From the NCBI GenBank assembly GCA_028276215.1, contig JAPYWT010000001.1, positions 1 through 24,840 of the forward strand: a DNA stretch of 24,840 nt, given 5' to 3'. The position numbers and the translations under genes are program-made. Shown here piece after piece: positions 6,355 through 14,726 of the stretch. Under the pieces are notes generated by a model, which worked only from the letters and a program-made list of their open reading frames with translations, made no database searches and had not been told where the DNA came from. The stretch comes from Thermoflexus sp. (GTDB taxonomy: Bacteria > Chloroflexota > Anaerolineae > B4-G1 > DUEL01). How positions within the stretch are numbered: position 1 is the stretch's first letter; each line of letters begins with the position of its first letter.

Positions 6355-7398
6355 TCACAGAAACGGTGCTATCAGAAAAAGCCAGATATTGATGAAGCCG
6401 TGGGTCAGCGAGACCCCCACAATGGACCGGGTGCGCTGGACGAGCCAGCCAAATAACAGCGCCACGCCGAAGACGAAGAAGACATCGGTCAGGGAGCGGT
6501 GGCCAGTGTGCAGGGCAGCGAAGATTGCCGAAACGTAAACCAACCCCCATTTCCCCATTGTCTCTATTGCCACCTGCTGCATAACTCCCCGAAAAATCAA
6601 CTCCTCAACCAGACCAGTAGAAACCAGTAAAATCAAAGCCGCCGTTAGAAATTCCCCCAGATTCCACCCCGAAATCAGCGGCACCGGCCGCAGAATCCAG
6701 TATTCCAGCATCCCCAATGGCAAGCCCAGAAATGGCATCATTATCTGCAGCGTGAGTCCCCGCCCGTGGAGGCCCACCTGATCCCAGGGCATTCGCAATA
6801 TCAGGCGTCTCACAATGAAAGTGGCGACATAGAGAGGTACACTGATGATGAGATACCAGTACATCAAGGGAACGGATCGCAGTGGAAGAGAAAGGCTTAC
6901 CAGACGGATCAGTGGTGCCAGACTCACTCCCGTCCAGAAACGATAGGCAGGTCGGTCACAACATCGAGCGCCGTACACCAGAGCACCAGTTAGAAGAAGG
7001 CTGTGCAAGAGCAAACCCAACCGGGGCTCTACCAGAGCAGTCAGGATCTCCGCCACCATTAGCAAAAGTAGATACCCCAGGGCAGGGAGCCAGAAGGTTT
7101 CCCATCTTTCCTTATCTATGGAAGTTGCCCTTTCCAGCGGAGACCAGGAAGGCCCCTGCCCCAACGCCTCCAGTTCCCGCCGGGCCAGCGCGTTGCGGCG
7201 GTTGAGGCTCAGCGTCTGATAAAGACAGAACCGCCGTTCCTCCACTGTTTCCACCGCCTGAGCCAGCCAGTACCATGCCCGCTCTGAATCCGAATGAGCC
7301 CGGACCACCCCCTCAAGAAGCCCGCGGGCCCGGTCCCGCTGACCGGACCGAAGGGCCCTCACTGCTTTTTGGATTCGCCAGTCTGGACCGCCCTTCAT
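6355..7398 (-). CDS. CPBP (CAAX/Abi, Rce1-like) intramembrane glutamic protease with N-terminal TPR-like domain (347 aa)
   Basis: EELIFRG (EExxxR), FAALH (FxxxH) and HGFIN (HxxxN) motifs. The N-terminal helical module reads ALRSGQRDRARGLL...AWYWLA...RFCL. ATG 7398 overlaps the DUF1616 stop. Confidence 0.9.
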   Translation of the reverse strand: MKGGPDWRIQKAVRALRSGQRDRARGLLEGVVRAHSDSERAWYWLAQAVETVEERRFCLYQTLSLNRRNALARRELEALGQGPSWSPLERATSIDKERWETFWLPALGYLLLLMVAEILTALVEPRLGLLLHSLLLTGALVYGARCCDRPAYRFWTGVSLAPLIRLVSLSLPLRSVPLMYWYLIISVPLYVATFIVRRLILRMPWDQVGLHGRGLTLQIMMPFLGLPLGMLEYWILRPVPLISGWNLGEFLTAALILLVSTGLVEELIFRGVMQQVAIETMGKWGLVYVSAIFAALHTGHRSLTDVFFVFGVALLFGWLVQRTRSIVGVSLTHGFINIWLFLIAPFL

Positions 7399-8240
7399 TC
7401 TTCCACCCTCAGCCACAGCCACAGTGTCCGGTAGGGAACAGGCAGACCGTTCCGATACAGGAAAAACTGCACTCGAACGGGGTCGCCAGGCCGAGCCGGA
7501 GTGAAGGAGACAGGACCTTCGTAGGCTGCACCCGGACCCAAACGGACCGGTCCGGCCTGGCCCAGCAGATGATCATCGTCCACTACCTCCAGACGATAAT
7601 CCACCGTTGTCTCTTCTCCGTTCACAATCCCGACGGTAACGGTCATTGGTTCACCCACTACGCTCCAGTGGGGATAGCCCACCGCCAGTCCCCCAGGGCC
7701 TGAAAGGTAAAACTCGGTGACCGGTTCGCCCGTTCCAGCAAGACGGATGACCATCAGCAAAAGGAGCAGGTCCAGAGCCAGAATCCCCATCAGCCCCCCG
7801 TATAGCCAGGAGCGACGACGAAACCCGAACGGGTTCGCGAAGTCAGCCCAGGGTATGGCCCACTCCCAACGGTCTTCCGGTGGCAAGGAGTACCAGCGCA
7901 CCCAGGCCAAAACGGTTGCCAGAAGAGTTATCCCAACCACTGCACCAACGACAGATGCCAGGTGAATCCCCCAAGGCAGTTGGTCCAGAATCAATGCCAG
8001 CAGAGGGACCAATGCCAGACTGATGCCTAACGAAAGGGCCAGCCGCTCAGCGCCGTCTAAGGCGTTCCGCCGGGGGAAAAGGGCAGCCTGCAGCACATAT
8101 CCGGGGCAGAAAAGAATCAGCGTCATCCCCAGCAACAGGCGCACCGCAGCCAGCGGAATCGGCAGCGCTTCGCCCGGTACCGTCAAAAGGATCAGCAATA
8201 CAGACAACAGAACAATTAAAATAAAAGAGTTCCGAACCAC
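7395..8240 (-). CDS. DUF1616 domain membrane protein
   Basis: LFCPGY.L.AALFP....LD..ERLALSLG.S.A..PL TM block, followed by an EFYL.G..G....YP....G....V.VGIVN.E soluble domain. GTG start with an AGGAG SD. Confidence 0.75.
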   Translation of the reverse strand: MVRNSFILIVLLSVLLILLTVPGEALPIPLAAVRLLLGMTLILFCPGYVLQAALFPRRNALDGAERLALSLGISLALVPLLALILDQLPWGIHLASVVGAVVGITLLATVLAWVRWYSLPPEDRWEWAIPWADFANPFGFRRRSWLYGGLMGILALDLLLLLMVIRLAGTGEPVTEFYLSGPGGLAVGYPHWSVVGEPMTVTVGIVNGEETTVDYRLEVVDDDHLLGQAGPVRLGPGAAYEGPVSFTPARPGDPVRVQFFLYRNGLPVPYRTLWLWLRVEE

Positions 8241-8258
8241 CCTTGCTCCTGTTTCTGG

Positions 8259-9425
8259 CTACGCAAAGCAGGCGAATTTCGGCCCATCCCCACCATCATG
8301 GCCGCGCTGCGAAATCTCCCGATACACCTCTACAGTCTCCTCCGCTGTCCGCTCCCAGGTAAAGGCACGGGCCCGCTCCAGGCCCCGGGCCCGCAGTTCC
8401 TCCCGCAGACGAGCGTCGGTTAGGGCCCGGTACATCGCTTCCGCCCATCCCTCCTCATCCAAGGGGGACACCCGCAGGGCCGCGTCTCCGGCAACCTCCG
8501 GCAGGGATGCCGCGTCCGAGCAGACGACGGGCGTCCCGCAGGCCATTGCCTCCAGAACGGGCAGGCCAAACCCCTCGTAGAGCGAAGGGAAGACAAAGAG
8601 CGCCGCGCGGTTGTAGAAGAGAACCAGGTCCCCGTCCGGGATGGCGGAGAGATGGAGCACGGCGTCCCCCAGGCCCAGTTCCTGAATCTGTTGCTCAAGA
8701 ACACAAGCCTGGGAAAGATACTGAACCGCGCCGACCCGGATGAGCCGGACATCGGGCATATCTTGGTGCAGGCGTGCAAAGGCCCGCAGCAGAAAGGGCA
8801 GGTTCTTACGTGGGTTCTCCGAACCCACATATAACACATACCGGTAGCGGCTATCCAGACCATAACGGGCATCAAAATCAGGCGGGACCGGGCGGGGATG
8901 GAAAACAGCATGATCCACGCCCAGAGGGATCACCCATATCCGCTCCACCGGATACCCAAGAGCCTGGACAACCATCTCCCGCGTACAGGCTGAATCGGCA
9001 ATCAGAGCATCCGCCAGACAAAGCGCGCGCGTCGCCAGTACATCCAACCACTCCTCCCAGCGGCTCCTGTATGCCCGCATACCCCGGTCGCGACGGGTCA
9101 GGTAGGGAACGATGTCGTGGACGGTCACCACGACCGGATGCAGGTCCGGTCGGAACCACAGGAGCATTGCCATCTGCTGGGCGGTCAGATGGGCCAGGAC
9201 ACCGGGTTTCAGTTCCGCCGCCAGCGGATAGGTGGTGAAGAACGTCCGGACGTCCCGCCCCAGGGGCCGCAACAGGCAGTGAGCGACCTGCACAGGCCAG
9301 GGATAGCGCGGAGTCACCAGGCGGAACAGAACGCCCACCCGCTCCAGAGCCTTACAGAGCGAAGCAGTGTAGCGGGCCAGGCCTATCTGATGGCCATACG
9401 GGCGCACCAGCAACTGGACTCTCAA
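8259..9425 (-). CDS. GT4 family glycosyltransferase (388 aa)
   Basis: VTVHD, LYVGSENPRKN, and FPSLYEGFGLPVLEAMACG (EX7E). TTG start at 9425 follows AAAGGAGG. Confidence 0.92.
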   Translation of the reverse strand: MRVQLLVRPYGHQIGLARYTASLCKALERVGVLFRLVTPRYPWPVQVAHCLLRPLGRDVRTFFTTYPLAAELKPGVLAHLTAQQMAMLLWFRPDLHPVVVTVHDIVPYLTRRDRGMRAYRSRWEEWLDVLATRALCLADALIADSACTREMVVQALGYPVERIWVIPLGVDHAVFHPRPVPPDFDARYGLDSRYRYVLYVGSENPRKNLPFLLRAFARLHQDMPDVRLIRVGAVQYLSQACVLEQQIQELGLGDAVLHLSAIPDGDLVLFYNRAALFVFPSLYEGFGLPVLEAMACGTPVVCSDAASLPEVAGDAALRVSPLDEEGWAEAMYRALTDARLREELRARGLERARAFTWERTAEETVEVYREISQRGHDGGDGPKFACFA

Positions 9426-9507
9426 ATCTCCTCCTTTGCGGAACGCAAGAGAAATGTTTCCACATAGCACATAGCACTTCGCAGTGCTGTATTTGCTGTC
9501 CCTTTCG

Positions 9508-10575
9508 TCAAGAAACTTTTGACGACTTACCTAACAGGGTCATGGCCACATGCCAGTTTAGGCAGAAGAGGGCCTCGCAGAGCGCCACCAACTGCCGCCC
9601 CCCCCGTCCGCCGGTTATGACGCGGGGCGACAGGCGCCACTCCCGGGCGGCCAGGATGGTCGCGTCCCCCACCCTGCTTCCCCGCCGAGCCCTGGCGCGG
9701 AGTCGGGAGAGCGCCCGGCCGTGGGCCAGCAGCCAGATCCCCGCGCTGATTTTGGCGGAGAGCCCGGGCCACCCCCGGCCCAGCGCCAGCCCCCACTCCA
9801 TCAAGTCTGCCAGGAGCAAGCCCGGCCAAAGAAGCAGCAGAGCCTGCCAGCCCCAGTTGCACCACACCATCAGAATGCGGTTGCGGAAGGAACAGTACAG
9901 GGCCAGCGGCGATGGACGGTCCAGGCGGCCCGCGTGGTAAACGACCGACGCCGGAACATGCAAGCACCGGTATCCGGCCCGTCCGGCCCGCCAAGAGAGG
10001 TCTGTTTCTTCGTAGTACATATAGAACATATCGGTAAAGCCGCCCAGTTCCTCCCACACCTTCTGGCGGATGGCGAAGGCGGCGCCGGAGACGGCAGCGA
10101 CATCGGCGAAGGGCGCTCCAGTAACTGCCGCCCGCGAGGCGCCGAAGTTCCGGGCAAAGACCAGCCCCGTGTAGTGGACGTCCTGACCGCAGGACTGAAT
10201 CCGCTCCGGGTCGTCCATCCAGAGAATCGTGGGTGTGGTCAGACCCACTGTTGGGTCCCGGAACGGCTCCAGCAAGGCCTCCAGCCAGCCCGGTTCGGCG
10301 CGCACATCCTGGTTGAGGAACACCAGGAATTCTCCTCGCGCCTGATCCGCCCCCTGACGGCACGCGGCCGCGAAGCCCCGATTGGTCTCGTTGACCAGCA
10401 GGCGGGCCTCCGGCATCCGTGCCCGAACCAGGGCCGCGCTCCCGTCGGTGGAGCCGTTATCCACAACAATGACCTCAGTGGCGGCTGGAAGTGTCCGACG
10501 CAGGGAATCCAGACAGCCATCCAGGTAGGGCCGTCCGTTATAGACCACGATGATCAGGCTAACTATCGGCTCCAT
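9508..10575 (-). CDS. GT2 family glycosyltransferase (WbbL/RfbF-like)
   Basis: SLIIVVYN, VVDNGSTDGS, NRGFAAAC, VFLNQD, VSGAAFAIR and YYEETDLSWR motifs. Confidence 0.92.
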   Translation of the reverse strand: MEPIVSLIIVVYNGRPYLDGCLDSLRRTLPAATEVIVVDNGSTDGSAALVRARMPEARLLVNETNRGFAAACRQGADQARGEFLVFLNQDVRAEPGWLEALLEPFRDPTVGLTTPTILWMDDPERIQSCGQDVHYTGLVFARNFGASRAAVTGAPFADVAAVSGAAFAIRQKVWEELGGFTDMFYMYYEETDLSWRAGRAGYRCLHVPASVVYHAGRLDRPSPLALYCSFRNRILMVWCNWGWQALLLLWPGLLLADLMEWGLALGRGWPGLSAKISAGIWLLAHGRALSRLRARARRGSRVGDATILAAREWRLSPRVITGGRGGRQLVALCEALFCLNWHVAMTLLGKSSKVS

Positions 10576-10579
10576 ATCA

Positions 10580-12154
10580 CTACCGGCGATAAGGACTCCC
10601 AGACCGGGTGCGGTAGATGGCTGTGAAGCGATTGTCGTAAATCCGATTGCACGAAAAGACGTCCGGCAATTCGGCCCCCGTCCTCCAGGCCCGCAGGGTC
10701 ATGGTCTCGGAGAGAACGAAGTAGACAGTCTGGTCGTCAGGACGGCCCCACTTTGCCTGCAGGCGGCGGGCCTTCCAGAGGCTATCGGCCTCCGCCAGCG
10801 CTACCAGCCGCTCATCCACCCCCGTCCAGACCCACGCGGTTTCTCCGTGTTTCCCAAGCCACTCTATCGCCCGGCGCTCCTGGTCCGTATGAAAGACCCA
10901 GTTATGGCTCAGGAGCGGCTCGTTGGTTGCCTTCAGCAGAGAGGCCAGCGAGAAGACCATCGTCAGAATCACTATCCCGCCAGAGAGCAGAGAGCGCAGG
11001 GCCAGAGGCCCCCCGGAGACCCGGCGGGCCAGTCTCACCAGGGTTTCCGCTGCCAGGGGGATGGCCACTACCATCAGGTGGGGAAAAATCCGCACCTGCA
11101 TATTCGCTGAAAGCACCCCAGCCAAGTCCATGACCACGGAGATCGCCAGAAACAGACCGAAGCCCCCGTATAGCAACCACAGGAACAGTTGATTGGGAGA
11201 TATCTCCTCCCGTCCTTCCAGAATCCGCTTCGCCCGCAGAAGCCAGAAGCCGAAGGAGAGCAGAAGGACCAGCCAGTTGAAGAAAGTCAGCGCGATGTAG
11301 ACCCCCTCGCTGATCCACGCGGCCTGGACATATCGGTACGGGTTAGTCGCTACTTCCACTCCCAAAAGCAGCATCGCGATCTGGTCCGCGATGGAGCGCA
11401 GGATAGTAAGTTGACCTCCGGCTGGGGGATAGACGTGGTAGATAACCACATACAGAAGAACGGAACAGGAGAGGGTCACATAGAGCAAGCGCATCAGGGG
11501 AGACCATCTCCCCGCCTGCTGACGGCCCCACCGCCGCCACAGCCGCCACCCCAGGAACGAGCAGGCAATGGCGAAGAGATAACTGGACGCGAAGAAGGCA
11601 CTGCTGGTGGCCAGCCCGAAGGCAAAGAGGTAACTGAGGACTACCCATTTGCCGATGGGCCGTCCGGCTTCGGCTTCGCGGAAACTGACGGCAAGGGCAT
11701 GGAGCAGGCTCAATGCCAGCGCCCAGGTCAGTTTGGCGTGGCTGCTGCGCGCGGACTCAAAGAGAAACTCTGGCTGCAGAAACAGCATCAGAGAGGCTAT
11801 AATCGCTGTCTCCGGGCGTCCTGTCAGGTTTTGATAGGCGATGAAGGCCAGTGGGACCAGCAGGACCACCAGGAATGGCTGTACATAGACCTGCAGGGTG
11901 CGAATAGAGAGCCCGGTCAGGTGGGAAAGGAACGTATTGAGGGCCGGATAGCCGTAGCCGAAGGGATACGTCTCTGAGGGCACGATGGTCCCCTCAGCGT
12001 AGATAGCCTCCGCCGCGACGGTCAGCCGGGCATCGTCGGTGGACGTCCAGTTCCAGAGGAAACGCGCGCCGATGTACCCTGCCGCCAGAAGAACATACCC
12101 CGCCAGCAGGAAAAGGTACCAGCCTGTTGAATACCGGTTTGGGGCGTTCTTCAT
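10580..12154 (-). CDS. Polytopic membrane protein, GT-C-like glycosyltransferase candidate (524 aa)
   Basis: About 12 hydrophobic segments. An acidic STDD follows TM1, then YPFGYGYP. The soluble C-terminal domain starts 'QERRAIEWL' and ends 'NRIYDN...IY'. ATG 12154 overlaps the upstream stop. Confidence 0.65.
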   Translation of the reverse strand: MKNAPNRYSTGWYLFLLAGYVLLAAGYIGARFLWNWTSTDDARLTVAAEAIYAEGTIVPSETYPFGYGYPALNTFLSHLTGLSIRTLQVYVQPFLVVLLVPLAFIAYQNLTGRPETAIIASLMLFLQPEFLFESARSSHAKLTWALALSLLHALAVSFREAEAGRPIGKWVVLSYLFAFGLATSSAFFASSYLFAIACSFLGWRLWRRWGRQQAGRWSPLMRLLYVTLSCSVLLYVVIYHVYPPAGGQLTILRSIADQIAMLLLGVEVATNPYRYVQAAWISEGVYIALTFFNWLVLLLSFGFWLLRAKRILEGREEISPNQLFLWLLYGGFGLFLAISVVMDLAGVLSANMQVRIFPHLMVVAIPLAAETLVRLARRVSGGPLALRSLLSGGIVILTMVFSLASLLKATNEPLLSHNWVFHTDQERRAIEWLGKHGETAWVWTGVDERLVALAEADSLWKARRLQAKWGRPDDQTVYFVLSETMTLRAWRTGAELPDVFSCNRIYDNRFTAIYRTRSGSPYRR

Positions 12155-14715
12155 GAAGTCTCCCGCCACCAGAGGACAGTCAACCCGCCCGCCAGCAGGA
12201 TAATTCCAGCCAGCAGGCTCGCCACCACGGCCCGGACGCGAGGAGCAAGGGCCAGAAACGAGTAAACGTAGAGGGACGGCCTATGGGCGACATTCGCCTT
12301 GGTCATTCCCAGCAGGACCGGCCCTGTTTTCTCCTCCCCACAGCGGGCCATCACGGCGACGTTCCAGGTCCCCGCCGTGGACGGACGCCATCCCCAGAGG
12401 AGTTCCCGCTCTCCCTCTCCAGGGAGAACCGAGAGGGTCGTTGTCAGGACCCGCCGGGCGCCTCGCGGCCCTTCCAAGAGCACGCAGAGGGGAACCTGAC
12501 GGGCATCGTCCAGGCCGAAGTTGCGGAGAAGGGCCCGGATGGTGGCCTCCTCTCCCTCCCGCGTTGCCTCCACTTCCAGGGAGACCAACCCCAGCGCGGC
12601 CGGCGTCAGCGGGCGCACCGACCAGCGCCCATCCTCCCAGACAACCCGGTAGGCTCCCGGGGCCCTGGGGGGCGCAAAGCCCTCCACGCCGCTGGAAACC
12701 ACCTGCGCGCCCGGCCCGACATGCAGAATCAACCGGAACCCCCGACTGGTCACCTGCAGGTTCTGTACCACCGCACCGGTCATCCGCGTTTCGGGACCCT
12801 CCCAGCGGGCCAGAATCCCCCGCAGGTCATCGGCGGGCGCTGGAGCCGGAAACGACTCCAGCCGATCCTTCAGTGCCTGCCACTCGGCGAAGTTTCGGGG
12901 CGGAAGGGTGGAAAAGACCGCCAGGGCCACGTCCGCCCGCTTCAGAACCACCTCCCCGTCTCCGGCGTAGAGGAGAAACCCGGGCAACACGTTCAGTTGC
13001 CGCACGCGCCCATCGGGCGCCACGTACTCCCACTGGTCCAGATACCCATCCCGGTTCCGGTCCGCGTAACGGACGACAGCCCGCCCGTCCACGTTCCAGA
13101 CGCCGCCCTGCGCGCCAAAGAGGTGAAGGCGACCATCCACCGGGCTCCAGTAGAGCGTCGGGCGCCCCACCTGCTCTGTGGCATATTCACCCCGCATCCC
13201 CCGGCGGATGTCGGCGTAGTTCTCCAGCGGAGGCTCCTCTATCAGGCCGGTCAAATAGAGGTCCCGCAGGCCTGAGGGTTCTACCAGATGCCCATCCCGA
13301 AACCCCCGGTTGACGTTCCAATCTCCCATTCCCTCACTACTCCAGTACCCGCCGTTCTCTGCCACAACGAACGTCGCGATTGCCCAATCCCGGCCCATCA
13401 CCCAGTCTGGTATCCTGTCGTAGGGCACCGTCTGAACAGCGAAGTTCGGGAAAGCCACCACGTCGGTGACGGGATGGAAACCGGCCACGCTCACCTCATA
13501 ATCCCAGCGCCCGTCGTTGTTCTGATCCCAGGAGTAATCCGCCTGGACAAAAGGCCGGGTGAGCCCTCCCTGTTGCGCCACCTCGTGGGAAAAAGCGGAA
13601 TCCCCGGCTGCGAAGACCTCAAACCGGACCATCAGTTCGGGACGACCGTCGGAATCCCCGGCCAGGTCGTAATAGGCCATCGGGTTCTCAAAGTTGGCGT
13701 AGTTGACTTCCCCCTTCCGCCAGCGGGCCCAACTGTTGATATGGTATCCCTGCTCTGTGGGATAACCCAGTACCCCCACCCGGTCTATCTGGGCCCGGCC
13801 CCAATCTACGGCAATGACCGGTGGACGGTCAAAGTAGTTGTACGCCTCGTAGTCATGTTTTCCCACCAGCAGAGGCCAGAAAAGGGCATCCGCATATGGC
13901 TCCGGGTGGCGGGGCTTCCGGTTCACGTAGAGGGTGGACCGAAAGATGTTGGCATCCGGTGGGGAAAGGGCCAGCAGCCGCTGGAGTTGATAATCGGCGA
14001 TGCCGTCGCCATCCGCATCCACGACCTCCAGTTCCCAGTCTACCCCGCCGTCGGTTGTCGCGCCCTTGCGAGCCCACTCGGGAGCCGGAGCGGCCTCCCC
14101 CCACTCCAAGTAGCGCAGGATGTAGCCGTCTATGTGGAAGACCAGGGCCGGATTGACCCGACCGTTGGGCAGGAACCAGTCGGAGCGGGCCATCACCCGG
14201 ACGTGCCAGTGGGAGGATTCGGTTATCTCCACGGACCGGGGACGGGCCCGATAGGAGACCTGACCGTCGCCGTTCCGGTCATCGTAGAGGTAGGCGACCC
14301 GGTGCTCTCCTTCCTGAGCGAACACCAGGATCAGTTGCGCTGTCCCATCAGCGCCCACATCAAAAATCCAGACGTCGTCGCGGAAATCAGTAACAGCCAG
14401 GACATCTGACCCGGTCCCCATATTCCCGGCGCGATCCACGATCAGGATACGGTCGTGGGCCGAGGCGAAGGCACAGTCCACAACGGTCAGGTCCGGACGA
14501 CCGTCGCCGTCCAGGTCGGACTGGGTGACGCCGAAGACGGTGATGTCCGTCTGGGCCTGGACGGGCTCCGTGGGCAGGATCAGCGGGCCGAACAGCCCCA
14601 ACAGGGCCATCAGCCCTCCGAGTAACACCCGCACAGGAAATGGCGTTACTTTCATGGCTCGTCGTCGGCGAGAAAAGACGCGACTCCGCTTTGCTCCGTT
14701 GCCCATTGCCAGCAA
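12151..14715 (-). CDS. Large secreted, C-terminally membrane-anchored protein with multiple DxDxDG-type Ca-binding loops and a probable CARDB-like Ig domain (~854 aa)
   Basis: Signal peptide ends ...PVQA|Q. Loops include DLDGDG, DVGADG, DRNGDG, DADGDG, DSDG, DQNNDG and DRNRDG. C-terminal TM is followed by RETS. Start taken as TTG 14715 (AGGAG 8 nt upstream); alternatives are ATG 14706 and 14655. Confidence 0.8.
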   Translation of the reverse strand: MLAMGNGAKRSRVFSRRRRAMKVTPFPVRVLLGGLMALLGLFGPLILPTEPVQAQTDITVFGVTQSDLDGDGRPDLTVVDCAFASAHDRILIVDRAGNMGTGSDVLAVTDFRDDVWIFDVGADGTAQLILVFAQEGEHRVAYLYDDRNGDGQVSYRARPRSVEITESSHWHVRVMARSDWFLPNGRVNPALVFHIDGYILRYLEWGEAAPAPEWARKGATTDGGVDWELEVVDADGDGIADYQLQRLLALSPPDANIFRSTLYVNRKPRHPEPYADALFWPLLVGKHDYEAYNYFDRPPVIAVDWGRAQIDRVGVLGYPTEQGYHINSWARWRKGEVNYANFENPMAYYDLAGDSDGRPELMVRFEVFAAGDSAFSHEVAQQGGLTRPFVQADYSWDQNNDGRWDYEVSVAGFHPVTDVVAFPNFAVQTVPYDRIPDWVMGRDWAIATFVVAENGGYWSSEGMGDWNVNRGFRDGHLVEPSGLRDLYLTGLIEEPPLENYADIRRGMRGEYATEQVGRPTLYWSPVDGRLHLFGAQGGVWNVDGRAVVRYADRNRDGYLDQWEYVAPDGRVRQLNVLPGFLLYAGDGEVVLKRADVALAVFSTLPPRNFAEWQALKDRLESFPAPAPADDLRGILARWEGPETRMTGAVVQNLQVTSRGFRLILHVGPGAQVVSSGVEGFAPPRAPGAYRVVWEDGRWSVRPLTPAALGLVSLEVEATREGEEATIRALLRNFGLDDARQVPLCVLLEGPRGARRVLTTTLSVLPGEGERELLWGWRPSTAGTWNVAVMARCGEEKTGPVLLGMTKANVAHRPSLYVYSFLALAPRVRAVVASLLAGIILLAGGLTVLWWRETS

Positions 14716-14726
14716 AAATCCCTCTC

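Noticed and set aside
9436-9488. Small hairpins and an ACATAGC direct repeat before the GT4 RBS
   Set aside because: Stems of only 5-6 bp and a 7-bp duplication are within chance expectation.
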